Part shown: positions 12,886 to 24,611 of the stretch, piece after piece
Layout of the letters: every line of letters begins with the position of its first letter
How positions within the stretch are numbered: the first letter of the stretch is position 1
From: Azolla caroliniana
Lineage: Eukaryota; Plantae; Polypodiophyta
DNA length: 64,000 bases
NCBI GenBank assembly: GCA_043228905.1
Contig: JBHGNT010000003.1
Coordinates: 10,540,001-10,604,000, forward strand
Reading direction: 5' to 3'
Program-made: the position numbers and the translations under genes
Notes under the pieces: generated by a model
The model's input: the letters and a program-made list of their open reading frames with translations, nothing else
Told to the model about the DNA's origin: nothing
Database searches by the model: none

Positions 12886-13544
12886 CCGGTTAACAGAACC
12901 GTCGGCGTTGTACTTGACCTTGTACACCCACTTGCATCCGATCGGTTTACAGTGACGGGGAGGATCAACTAGGTCCCAAGTTTCGTTGGCATCGAGTGCC
13001 CGCATTTCTTCGTCCATAGCGGCACGCCAATTTGCGTCCTTTGCCGCTTCTGCATAGCTCTCCGGCTCACGCACTTCTGTCACCTTAGTCATGTACGCAT
13101 AATGATGCGCCATGTATTCATTGTACCCGTACCACATGACGGGATCCTTCTGGCGGGTTGATCGGCGCAACGCACCGTCACCTGATTTGAGGCCCTTCTT
13201 GGCCAGTTCGGTCTTCGTTGCCGAAGATCCGACTTTCTCCTTTCCGGAGTCGGATACGCACCGATCCGACTCATCGTTGCCGGTTTCGAATTTCGACATC
13301 TTCCTCTTCCCCTTCTCTTTGCGTGTGAACCGTTTCCTCGGTTCCTTGCGTGGGGAGAGCACGACAGAGTCTCCACCACTTGCCGTCTCTTCATCCGACT
13401 GGTCCAACCGACTCAGTCGCTCGTTCGGTCCACTCAACCATAACGATTCCGGACTCTCATCTTGAGTCCCGGCTTTATCATCCTCTGCAAGGGCTGATTC
13501 AGGCTCACTGGCCTGATCTTTTGGCATTGGGTCGGGATCGGAAG

Positions 13545-15833
13545 TCAGAGTCGGTACGGAGACCAGGATGCCGATTCATCGAACTCGACATCCCGGCTAA
13601 CTCGGACTTCCTTCGTCCGGGGGTTGTAGCACTTATACCCCTTTTGCTCTTGAGCATAGCCGACTAGGATGCATTTTACCGATTTTGCATCAAGCTTTCT
13701 CCGCTTCTGATCCGGCACATGCACATACGCTATGCTGCCGAATATCCGAAGGTGTCTTAAGTTCGGCTTGCGCCCGAAATACAGCTCATGAGCTGACACC
13801 TTGTCACCAATGCGGTTTTGTATGTAGACGGCCGTCCGGACCGCCTCCACCCAGTAGAACCGGGGCATGCTCTTCTCCTCCAGCATTGCCCTTGCCGCTT
13901 CGACGAGTGTCCGGTTCTTCCTTTCGGCCACACCGTTTTGCTCCGGTGTGTATCTGCAGCTGAACTCTCGCCAAATTCCCTTCTGTTGCAGATAACTAGT
14001 GAATTGGCCGGAAAAATATTCTTTTCCGCCATCTAACCGAAGGCATTTGATCTTCCTCTCCGATTCCCGTTCCACCATCTTCTTGAGGCTCCAGAAACAG
14101 TCGAAGACTTCGCTCTTTCGCTCAATGAGGTAGATCCAAGTATATCGAGTATAGTCGTCGATGAAGGAGATGAAGTATCGGCTCCCGCCAAGGCTTACAC
14201 TTTGTGCCAGTCCCCACACATCCGAATGGATGAGATCGAGCTTGTTACGGCTCCGGTTCCGTTCGGTGGGGAATGGAAGTCGGTGTTGCTTCCCAAGTTG
14301 GCAGGCTTCACAAATTTCGGCTCTCCAGCCGCTGAACTTCGGCAAACCGAAAACGACTTGTTTCGTTTGCAGGTCTTGAAGCCTCCGGTAGTTGACGTGG
14401 CCTATCTGCTTGTGCCACAGGTCGATGTCCGACTCGACCTTCTGTCGTTTCGCGAACAGAGCGGTGCCAAAGTCATTGGTGTTGAGGATAAACATCCTCC
14501 CGTCTCTACGCCCTTGCGCAATGACTTCGCCCTCATCCTCAATGAAGCACCCGAGGTGTGTAAACCGCACCTGCATCCCCTGGTCGACAATCTGACCGAC
14601 GAACACCAGGTTCTTCGTGATTGTTGGAACGTGTAATACGTTCATCAGCTTCCCTTTCTGTCCGACGTGTCTTAGAGGGACTTCTCCGACGTGCACGATT
14701 GGGTGAGGAGTGTCGTCTCCGGTTTCGACTACTCCTGGTTGATCCGGTTTCTCCAGAAAGGAGAACCACTTTTTGTGGCTCGTCATGTGGTTCGACGCGC
14801 CGGAATCAACATACCACACTTCCTCCGTTTTGGAAGTGGTCTTCTTCATTGAGTTTGCCTTGTGATTCATCACCAAGGCTGGCCCCTTACCAGCCTTTCC
14901 GGTTCCGGATCCTCCTGATCCGTTTGCGTAGTGCGAGTTTTGCCGGCCATCCTTACCGGTCTTGCCGGATCCAGATTTGTCCGAATCGGCACGCTTTCTC
15001 CAACACTCGCTTTCCCTGTGGCCTTTTTTGCCACAGTACCAGCATTCCGTAGCGGATTTGTCTTGCCGGCCTCCGGCACCGCCTTGACTCCCCCTACTTG
15101 TGGAAGTCCCGGAATTGCTGTCGGCACGCTCATAGTGCCTCCGTTCCTGCTCTTGCCGGCCGCCTCCATTGCGTGCCGACCCACCTCTTCCACCACGCCC
15201 ACGGAGCCGATCCGTTCCCGTGTACAACATTCGGCTGTCCGGGGATGCACTGGTAGATGCACCGGCGTGGTTCTCCTCTACAAGGAGCATTGACTGTAAG
15301 TCGAAGAATGAGGGGGTATTCTCCCTTGTACACACCGCAGTCCGGAACGCTCCGAACTTGGACACCAGGCCTCCGAGACATACCTGCACCATCTCGTCTT
15401 CCTCTATGGTAACATTGATAGAGGCGAGCGAGTTGCAGATCTCCTTTATCCGACCCATGTAGTCTGCCACGGACATGTTCTTCTGTCGAACATTGCTCAA
15501 CTCCTGTCTGAGTTGCAGCTTCCGGGCAGTGGTGCTTGCGGCGAAAACCTTTTTCAGGTTCCCCCAAGCATCCTTCGGTGTCTTGGCGTCACGGATGTGG
15601 CTAAGCAGCTGATCGCTGACACTGGACGCGAAGCAGTACATCACCTTGCTTGCCACCTGTTCCCATACCGGGAAGTCCTTGTGTGCCGAGTCGGGCGCCG
15701 CATCATTCGCTCCTTCGACATAACTCCAGTACCCGTGTCCAAGCAGGTACTGGTGCATCTTGTAAGACCAGGATGCGTAGTTGCTCCTATCGAGCTTCTC
15801 CACCAGGAGCGACGTAGCCATGCCTCTATCCAT
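13545..15833 (-). CDS. Copia gag-protease-integrase ORF (762 aa) of element C
   Basis: CWYCGKKGHRESEC zinc knuckle; WYVDSGASNHM protease; LWHKQIGH..CEAC zinc finger; HSDVWG..FIDD..PEQNGVAERKNR integrase core. Confidence 0.93.
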   Translation of the reverse strand: MDRGMATSLLVEKLDRSNYASWSYKMHQYLLGHGYWSYVEGANDAAPDSAHKDFPVWEQVASKVMYCFASSVSDQLLSHIRDAKTPKDAWGNLKKVFAASTTARKLQLRQELSNVRQKNMSVADYMGRIKEICNSLASINVTIEEDEMVQVCLGGLVSKFGAFRTAVCTRENTPSFFDLQSMLLVEENHAGASTSASPDSRMLYTGTDRLRGRGGRGGSARNGGGRQEQERRHYERADSNSGTSTSRGSQGGAGGRQDKSATECWYCGKKGHRESECWRKRADSDKSGSGKTGKDGRQNSHYANGSGGSGTGKAGKGPALVMNHKANSMKKTTSKTEEVWYVDSGASNHMTSHKKWFSFLEKPDQPGVVETGDDTPHPIVHVGEVPLRHVGQKGKLMNVLHVPTITKNLVFVGQIVDQGMQVRFTHLGCFIEDEGEVIAQGRRDGRMFILNTNDFGTALFAKRQKVESDIDLWHKQIGHVNYRRLQDLQTKQVVFGLPKFSGWRAEICEACQLGKQHRLPFPTERNRSRNKLDLIHSDVWGLAQSVSLGGSRYFISFIDDYTRYTWIYLIERKSEVFDCFWSLKKMVERESERKIKCLRLDGGKEYFSGQFTSYLQQKGIWREFSCRYTPEQNGVAERKNRTLVEAARAMLEEKSMPRFYWVEAVRTAVYIQNRIGDKVSAHELYFGRKPNLRHLRIFGSIAYVHVPDQKRRKLDAKSVKCILVGYAQEQKGYKCYNPRTKEVRVSRDVEFDESASWSPYRL

Positions 15834-17739
15834 GTCTTCTACTATGTCTGTTTTCGACCTGTTAGGGTTTTCTTCTCAAGAGTAAATGTCTGCAGCAGAG
15901 GTTCTCAACCCTCGCGCTCTGATACCATGTAAACGTAAGTGTTTGCGGAAGCGTAAAACAGAGAACAACACATAGAGAGAGAGAGAGAGAGAGAGAGAGA
16001 ACACAATTTCAAAATTATGTCAAGACACAGTATGCACTCTATGCTAAGTAGCACTATTTATACAAGTCCTCTTGGGACTGACAGAAGTACCATGTACTTC
16101 AATGCTCACACGAGCATCTGACACTTACTACGAGACTATAGCTACCTAGTAGTCTATCCTATACTAGGCTTCCGATTGGACTTCCGGTTACGGATTGCAC
16201 CCGGCCTCCACTGCTTGCCGGTTCGGTTGCTCACCGTCATACCGATCCGTTTCGCCCGATCCGTCTCGCTTACCGGCTCCGGCTTATTCAGCCGATCCGG
16301 CTCCGGTTGAGCTTGCCGCTCAACAAAGGTGCAACTCACCCTCCCTGGTGATTAGTAGCAGTTCTTCTTCACTTATCGCGATTGCCGACGTTCCTTTCCG
16401 ATCCGAACTTGTTCGGTTCGAACCCTTCTTTGAGTCGGCATTGTCAGTTCCTTTCTCCTTCCGGAAGTGTCGGCAATTCTTCTGGAACTGCCCCGACTTT
16501 CCGCAATAAAAGCAAGTGGGCCTCCCCCTTGACTACGACCTCGTCCCCGATTTGTCCCGGTTTTGGGGACTTTGAATCCGGCCTCTTCCCCGGTTATGGT
16601 CGTCTTCCGTAACCAAGGCCTTCGGATCGGTTCTGAACTCCCGGTCCTTTCAATGAGCTTCTTCATCCAACAATCTTGATTTTACCCTTCCTAGGGACAA
16701 TTGTTTTCCTTCCGGCCCAACGTTGCCCAAAGTGACAACTAGCATCTCCCAACTATCCGGGAGGGAACCGAGCAGGAGCAACGCAAGTACCTCGTTGGCT
16801 AGAGGTATTTCTAGCGAGGTTGTTTGATTTATGAGCCCCTGGAAAGCATTCATGTGCTCCGCCATGCTGGATCCCTCTTGGTACCGGAGTCTCACTAACT
16901 TCCGGAAAACCGAAACCCGATTTACAACATTCTTGCTCTCCAGCATGGTACCAATTTTCTCCCAGAGCACATGGGCTTTGCTTTCTTCATTGAAGTTGTT
17001 GTACAGGATCATGCCGATGAAGCACCAAATGTATGTCTTTGTCTTCATATGCATCACCTCCTAGGTTGTGGCATCGATCTTATCCGGTCTTTTGCCCCCA
17101 AACTGTACCGGGAGCCACAGATCTTTGACCATGAACATGTCCCTTATCTTCGACTTCTACACTGGGTAGTTGGAGCCAGTGAGTGTGAACATGCTTCCGA
17201 ATGACTCTTCCATTTGTTGTTCACTCGGATACCAGTTTGTGACGAAAAAATGCTCCACCACAACCAAGTCTTAAACACTCAATGGAAGAACAAAAAAACA
17301 GAAATGGAGATTAATACGCTTACACTGACAATAGAGAGGACACTAGATGTTTACGTGGAAAACCCTAATTTGGAAAAACCACAAGAGCCAACAGACTCCA
17401 ACTATCTCTATGAGAAGAGGATACAATGCGAGACTCAGAGGCAACGACCTCGAGCTCTATGTCTTCACCAATCGGTTGTTACAATAGAAAAGCTTTTTGT
17501 ATCTCACGCTCTCTCTCGTCTCTATACAACAATAATAATATATGAAGTGATTGACCTAAGTCGTATTTATACTTATATGACTTTAGGACTATTTACAGAT
17601 ATGGCCATGATAGGCACACTAGGACCATATTTATAGATATGTCCCCGGATCCGGTTCACACCGGATCCATCCAGATCTGTCCGATTCGGCTCATCCAAAT
17701 CTCATCCAAATCCCATCCGGAGGGACCAAATTCCTAACA

Positions 17740-18670
17740 TAAGTAACCCATGTGGTTGGTGTCGAGGGGCTTTCACTTGAGAACAAGTACCACATGAATT
17801 GATAAACGCTTGAATGGATTTCTGGAGGGATGGCAACCAATATTTTATAGTTATAAGCTCAATTGTCGATATTCCAAAATGGTCAACCACAAAAGAATCA
17901 CGAAAAACTTGAAGAATTTCTAGATGGGGTGGTCCATTGGGAATGCATAACAAACTATGCCAATATAATGACCCATCATGCATTTGAAAATCATCATAAT
18001 AATGTGTACTTGATGTGGATGACAATGTTGAGGAAGCCAAATGTTAAATGAGTTCTTGTGTTGATGTATCTATATCCAATAAGCCCCTAATTGTGATTAT
18101 AAGATATGTGTCTTGGGATGTTGCAAATAAGCTTGAAATATTCTAGATCAAGAACAATCTTGATTGCCTTTCCTAGCTTAGTTACCAAGTAAGAGCATCT
18201 TGAAAGTGCATTTGTTTGTCCCTACAAATGTCTTGGTCGGAATTTGATTACAAAATCCACTTGTCATAGAATTTGTGTGTACCAACAAGCTTGGCACTAA
18301 TTTAGAACCCTTGTTGATCGGAAACATTCCAAATTCCAGTTATATGAGAAAACAGTAACCGTATGAAGGGAACCTTCAAGAAAATGTTGCTACATTAAAA
18401 ATGAATCCACAATAGCCAATGACTCCTTGTCATGTATTGGGTAATTCTTCTTTCTTGATTAGAACCTCCAAGAATGAAAAGCAATAGGATGCAATAGGTT
18501 GTCATCTCATTCTTGGAATAATGTGCCTACTAGTGCAATTTCCGAAGCATCCATTTCAACAAAATATGGACTTGTATGGTCGGGATCTATTAAAACTCAC
18601 AATTACTATAAAAGCATGTTTTAAGATTATGAATCATATTTTTGCCATTCAAAAGGTATGCCCTTCTTAC
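17740..18670 (-). pseudogene. Old Gypsy RNase H / integrase zinc-finger remnant (upstream part of host element)
   Basis: LCIPNGP..DHFGI..KYWLP..CGTCSQVKAPRHQPHGL; further degenerate RNase H motifs (EMDASE, YPIHDKESLAIV). Confidence 0.78.
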
Positions 18671-20065
18671 TAAAATAACAAAAAGACATCGCTCAATCGT
18701 AAAGAACTTACTCTAGGAACAAAAATGTCAAGGGTTTGAATATTGTATGGACTACGAGATGAAATGGATATCAATGGGAAGAACAAGCGCAATGCAAATG
18801 GATGGACATGGAGATTCGTATTTTGCTCATGACAGGCGCTCAAGGAAGATAAGTGAAGATGCATGTAAAAAGAGATGTATTGTTTTTATTTGCATGAGGA
18901 GCTTCAAAGGCCTTTAAAAGGGAGGAGGGTGCTCGTTGTCAAGGTGTCCAATTTTGGTGGAAGTTGAATTCCAAACGAGCTCGAACTTGCGAATGAAAAG
19001 GGCATGTATGATCAACAACGTCAAGAGGCAACAAAGCCATCGCTTGTTGGGATGTTTTGCTGAAATTCGAGGATTTCCCTCCAAATATCTACTTGCAAAT
19101 TATAGTCTCTTATATATTATTGACTTGCTTGATAAGCCACTCCATATAACGGAGTCAAATTTATCTCATCATATCTATTCAATTTGAGAAACTTAATGTA
19201 ATATATTATTTTGATATTCATATATAATTATTTTCGTTTTTGGAAATTTTTATCTACATTTATTTGGGATCAAATGAGGATCATGTCGGACTTTTCAGCT
19301 CAAAATTTGAGCTCGGGGCATGAAGTTACGTGATTTGGGGCAAAATTGATGAAAGACGAAGCTTCAAACGGTCGCGGCGGAAGTTTCTCGATTCCAACCA
19401 CTGAGTGAAAAAGTTATGAGCTTTGTGTATAGTTTTCCTACGACATGAGTCAAACTCCCTACATCGACCAAAACTAATGTCCTATCCATCGGACGACGCC
19501 CAACAAAAGAGGACAAGAACACAAAATTTTCAAGATTTTCTCTCCCGCGAGGGAGCATTAGATTTGAAAATTCTCAAAAATAGGAGCCCTCGACTCCCGG
19601 CAACCCTTGGGTTAAAGGTTCAAGCTCTCGACTCCAACCTTTGAGTTGAGAGGGTTGAGTCCTTGACTCCAAGGCTTTGCAATCACCCAACACCAACCAA
19701 CCCTTGCCACGTCACCCGCACTTCACTTCGAAAGACAAATAAAAATTGAAAAGAAAAGAAATCAACTAGTTCCCCACACTCGAGTTCTTCCGATTTCCTA
19801 CATTTAAACTTATCTCAAGGTCCCTACCCACAATATCGAAGGAAAGGAACATAATTTCCCCAAATACCCTCTTGCCTACCAATGTATTGTACTTACTAAT
19901 ATATAATATACTTTTCCGTCACATAAACCGAGTGCACACATTAATCCATAGCGCATACAAGATGATGCACGCACACAAGCACATACAAACACTTACCGAA
20001 ATCTATTCATCTTCAAACTTATGCATACTCCTAAGTATTCACATCTACATGCACATGCCCTTAAT

Positions 20066-20386
20066 TACATACATACATACATACATACATACATTGGAGG
20101 AGGTGTTTTGAGTGGTGACCATACACACATACTATGTACATACATACATAGTCCATTGTGTTTGGAGTTAGTGTTTTTTTACACACATTTTATTCATACA
20201 TATGTATGTGTATAATTGTGTGAGTTTTCTTTCAGCTTATAGAAGAAGGCTCATCAAATTTTCAAATTGGTTTGTGTTGGTGGGCTTCTTCTTCTTCTTC
20301 TTCTTTTCTAGAGACTATGTACTAGGAACCCAACAAACCTTCCCCTTCCCCTGCTTCTTCTTCTTCTTCTTCTTCTTCTTCTTCTT
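20066..20386 (+). repeat. (TACA)n and (TTC)n microsatellites in PDV2 promoter/5' leader
   Basis: Direct reading: tacatacatac.. at about 20066-20092; cttcttctt.. at about 20285-20305 and 20353-20386. Confidence 0.9.
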
Positions 20387-20406
20387 CGGCCTTTCGGATT
20401 CTGGCT

Positions 20407-22194
20407 ATGGAGGCCGAGGAGATCTCTGTGGTTTTAGCTAGAGCCTCTCACCTCCACTCCAAGCTGAACGATGCCATCCATTCTGTTATTGCTCTCAACC
20501 ATTCTTCTCCCTCTCCCTCTCCCTCTCCCTCCTCTTCTCCTGATTCTCTCGCAGCCCTTCATAACACCAAAAACAACGTTTCTGAGCTCCATAGCCTTGT
20601 CTCCATCAGGGATTCCCTCGAATTGCTCGAAGAACATCTCGATTCTCTCCAGGTAATTTAAAAAAAAAAAAATCTTTTGATATCCTTCATGAATTCTGTA
20701 CGTCTTTGCCTTCTCATTTTGTCTGGTTTTGGCAAATGCATCTTTTGGAAGGTCAGGGTTTTTGTTTGTTTAACCTTCTTGCTCAAGGTTGATGTGGTGG
20801 AATCTCATTTTGTCTGGTTTTGGCAAATGCATCTTTTGGAAGGTTAGGGTTTTTGTTTGTTTCTCCTTCTTGCTCAAGGTTGATATGGTGGAATCTCATT
20901 TTGTCTGGTTTTGGCAAATGCATCTTTTGGAAGGTTAGGGTTTTTGTTTGTTTCTCCTTCTTGCTCAAGGTTGATATGGTGCAAAATTAGGGTTTCTCTC
21001 TGTCTTCACGTGTCTTGATTTCCTGCAAACTCATGTGGGCAAAATAAACGAAAAGTAGGGCTTTCTAAAGCTGCTCTCTTTTGAGGTTTTAATCTCTAAA
21101 GATTTGGGTATGTCTTAAGGTTCGCCAAAGAGGAAACTTCCTTTTTTCTTCCTGCTTGTTGTCAGCTTCATAGAGAACAAATTGAGTCATACTTTCTTCA
21201 TGTTTATCAGCTTCAAAGGGATGAAAATTAGAGTTTCTTTCGTCATGTTTCTTCACATTTCTTGGCTTTTCCTGCATACATTTTCAACTCGCGTAAGAGT
21301 GAACTTTCAATGTGGTCTTTTCCCCGGCTTTGCTAAATCTTTCTTCATTCTTTTCAGGCTTTGCAACTTCAACAGAGGGCTGAACGAGATTTCGGGCTTG
21401 CAGAAATTGAGGAAAGCCGAAGGATTTTTTTGAAACGTCTTAGAGAACACACAGGGAGAGAGTTAGAGATCATCCAAGAAGCTTTTATGTTCGCAGGAGG
21501 AACACCTTCTGATAAGAAGAATGGAGATGGTGATGACTATGATGTGAATAAGTCTCTTCAGCACAACTTTACATCACCTTCTGATCGAAGGATTAATGGC
21601 CTAATACAGAGATTAGATATGACGGAAGGTCAGCAAAGACCGATAGGAGTGATATATGATCTGGATGAGGTCATAGAAGAAGAAGAAGAAGAATGTCAAG
21701 AGTATGAGGAAGAAGGCGGGAGTGAAGAAAATTTAGTCCTCAGATGTCGATCTGATAAGAACAAAGGATCTCGTAAGAAATTGATGGTTAACATGGCTAT
21801 GGGCATTGTCTTGAGAGTGAAGAAATCTTTCAAAGATTTGATTACTGTCATGAGAGAGATGGATGTGGTGAAGAAATCCATGGGTTTTCTTGGCCAAATT
21901 GCTCAGAAAGCTAATGGAAATGTCAGACCTCCCGCCTCTAAGGGTATATTGGTTGTGGCGATGACCATCATGCTTCTCTCTTTAACTAACTCTGAGGATG
22001 GGAAAGCGAAGAAGAGCTCGAGATCTAGACAAGCTCATCAATATAACCATGTTTCTTCTTCTTCTTTGAAGGATGAAAGGCTGAGACAATCAAGAGAAGG
22101 AGATAATGTACTTAAGTGTTTTGTTCGGGAGCGTGTTGAGCTCCCATCCTACAAAGAATCACAAATGCCAGATGTCCTCCATGGACGTGGCTGA
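20407..22194 (+). CDS. PDV2: Plastid division protein PDV2-like; join(20407..20652,21358..22194), about 360 aa
   Basis: N-term MEAEEISVVLARAS.LHSKLNDAI; SIRDSLELLEEHLDSLQ|ALQLQQRAE..LAEIEESRRIFLKRLREHTG.ELEIIQEA..FAG; single hydrophobic segment GILVVAMTIMLLSL; C-term CFVRERVELP..PDVLHGRG with terminal Gly; phase-0 intron CAG|GTAATT..TTTTCAG|GCT. Confidence 0.88.
20712..20981 (+). repeat. Tandem repeat, 3 x 91 bp, in PDV2 intron
   Basis: Units begin TCTCATTTTGTCTGGTTTTGGCAAATGCATC at 20712, 20803, 20894. Confidence 0.92.
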
Positions 22195-24000
22195 GTACAA
22201 ACCTTTTTTTGACCATATAATCAATCACATGATACAAAAATATGGTTTTTTTTCCTGAAAGATATGGTGGAGCTTTTTCTCTTTCTGAGGGTTGAGATGC
22301 ATTTGAAAAGAGTTGAACCCTCTCAAATGCAACGTATTTTATGAAGTAACAAACTTATTCTTGAATGCTGTTGTCCTATTCCACAGCTCTTACTGAAGTG
22401 AAAGGCAGAGCTTAAGAACACGAGATTGGTTCTCTATGTATTCACAGGTGACCCTTCCTGTTCCCATTGAAGTTGAATCAGATCAAATGAGGGTTAAATG
22501 TTGGTTATGACATTTCATCTCCCTATTAACATGGATCACAGCATCTTTTTTAAATATTTCAAATATCTTAAAAACCTTGCCTTCAATAGAAAATTTTCCA
22601 AGCCTTTCATGAAATTGATCAGCTGTGATATAACATGTAAAGAATGCTGACTTGTGGATGTGTTAGTGAATGCAGTTGTAATTCTGGGATTGACCTAAAC
22701 TCCATGGTATCAGGTCCATAGATGTTGGAGCATGGAAAACAAATCAATCACTCAGCAAGTTAGTTATGCAGACACTGAGAAGTTTATGTGTTTTTGGTAG
22801 TAGGCATACAAACGTATTGTCAAAAATAATGTCTTTGATTTTATGTAGATAATATGATTTTATCTCACAATGGTAGCATCTAGCAATACATGTCATAATG
22901 CATATAGATAATGTGATTCTTTGAACTTGGTGTTCCGATATTTCATGCAGGATCCATAAAGCTTGTGACATTTTTGTGTATATAACATCGATTAATGCGT
23001 TATTACTCGGACTGACAGGGGGGAACCCATGAATCTCAAGACATTTTGCATTTATAGCAATGATTAGAAGTGTATGTCAAATGCTTGAATTTAAAAGCAC
23101 CACACCTTTGACATGCTGATAAATTTTCCATTTTCACACTTTGGGTGATTATTCGTAGAGCCAATATGAATTCAGAAGATTGTCTTTCATGATTTTGTTG
23201 ACCTAGTTCAAAGTGGGAAATTCCTTTCTTTCAACAGCTGTACAACCATTTTATGTCATTTTGTTGTTCTAACAAGTCATGTGTACTACACACATCATAC
23301 TTAGGTTGTGTTGACATGAATGTAACCATATCATGCTTATAATGCACGTATTTACTTCTAAAATATTTAATGCTGCAAATGAAAACGACTACATAATAAA
23401 ATAGTGGTAAGCAATGTATTTTTCCTTGTGTATCTTCCTTCAGTATAAGAGTGGTATAGAGTGTTTGTTTTGAAGTTGAGGTTGAGCCCATAGAAGAGTT
23501 AAGAACCAAAAGTGGTTCCTAAGAAGAGGGTGCCTTGAAGGAGGACAATTTGGTTGCAAGCGTGTATGCGATTGTCTCCATCGTGTCTTTCTTGTGGCAA
23601 ATAGATGAATCATTTATCAATGTGGAGCCCCTTCCATCATGCCTATCTTGTGGCAAATAAATGAATCACTTGCTCGAGTTCATGTGAACTAGACAACAAC
23701 AACATCACTAACTACTTTATTGTCATCATGTGATTGGGAACCAATAAGTGAGGAGTATTTTTGGGTTGCTGTTCTTGAAACAATGCAGATGAAACTTCCA
23801 TTTACGTGTTGCCATATCCACAAATATTCCCATGGAAACCTCCATGTCCATGTGTTTGGTTGATCTTGACTCAACCTTGGTTCTCCTAAGCATCCAAAAA
23901 TGATTGTATATCAACTAATAGAAAAGTCCATTAATCGTTAGGGAGTTGTTGTGGTAAGTTGGATAGATGGATCGAACGATAGGATGCACGAGTATGTAGC

Positions 24001-24611
24001 TATTGGCCCTAGTTTGGCTCATTTTGAATGGAACTATTAAGACATGGTTTAACAATTTATTGGTTTGAATATAATTAAATGTTTGGTTTGGTTTGAATAA
24101 CTAGTAAAGAGTTCTGAAACTCAGGTTTATGGGTTTATTTGTTTAATTGGTTAGTTTTATGGTTTATCGGTTTTTATGTAACTTTTTTTATTTTAGGAAA
24201 TTGGTAAATTCACAGTTTTTTTTGGGGGATGGAATCTGGCTATCATTTGTAATCATATTTCTGAACTAAAAAAAAAACTATGAAAATACAGAAAAAACTG
24301 TGAATTTACCAATTCCTTTTTTTTATTTCCATTAATGGTTTAATTATTGTTTTTTATGTTTAATGATAATTAATTTTAAGTTAAATGTAATGTTCTATTT
24401 GTTCAATTAATTTAAGTTAAATGGTGTGGTTTAAATTTCTGATTATTTAGTTAAATTAGGTTTCCACGTTTCCTTAAAAAGGTTTGGTTTGGTTTCAACT
24501 TTCCCTTATATGGTTTGCTTCAGTTTTTTATATATATAAATTCTTTAGTTTGGCTTGGTTTGGTTTCATGGCCAAGAAACCAAACCGAACCGAAACTGAA
24601 CCGGGCCCATA
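24001..24611. mobile_element. MITE with (AAACCG/GGTTT) subterminal repeats, older relative of 42791-43320
   Basis: Right end AAACCGAACCGAAACTGAACCGGGCCCATA resembles 43285-43320; left end degenerate TATTGGCCCTAGTTTGG; no clear TSD. Confidence 0.6.

Larger units (their letters stand above)
10290..13527 (-). pseudogene. Copia RT/RNase H of element C, broken by frameshifts and a solo-LTR insertion
   Basis: [59 protein letters not shown] spread over ORFs 12853-13527, 11919-12149, 11088-11897, 10290-11084. Confidence 0.92.
9668..16325 (-). mobile_element. Near-intact Copia family C element nested in family B; LTRs 15928-16325 (5') and 9668-10073 (3'); TSD AAGGT
   Basis: AAGGT at 9663-9667 and 16326-16330; PBS TGGTATCAGAGC at 15916-15927; PPT at 10074-10085; LTRs differ by about 8 substitutions plus (GA)n length. 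Confidence 0.96.
7433..17739 (-). mobile_element. Copia family B element (5' LTR 17238-17739, PBS 17223-17234, gag from 17213, decayed protease/integrase 8400-9667, RT fragment 7607-8100, truncated 3' LTR 7433-7606)
   Basis: TG/CA termini; TSD GAAGT (7428-7432) vs TAAGT (17740-17744); Copia motifs WVVDFGVSFH, HTDVC..FIDDHSRK, QLDVKTTFLHGDL; deletion removes RT end, RNase H and most of 3' LTR. Confidence 0.88.

Noticed and set aside
13685-15932. Many antisense and alternate-frame ORFs over Copia gag-pol
   Set aside because: Shadow ORFs of GC-rich coding sequence.
21361-22194. Stand-alone 277-aa gene from the ORF track
   Set aside because: It is exon 2 of the PDV2-like gene; TTG start is an artefact of the ORF caller.
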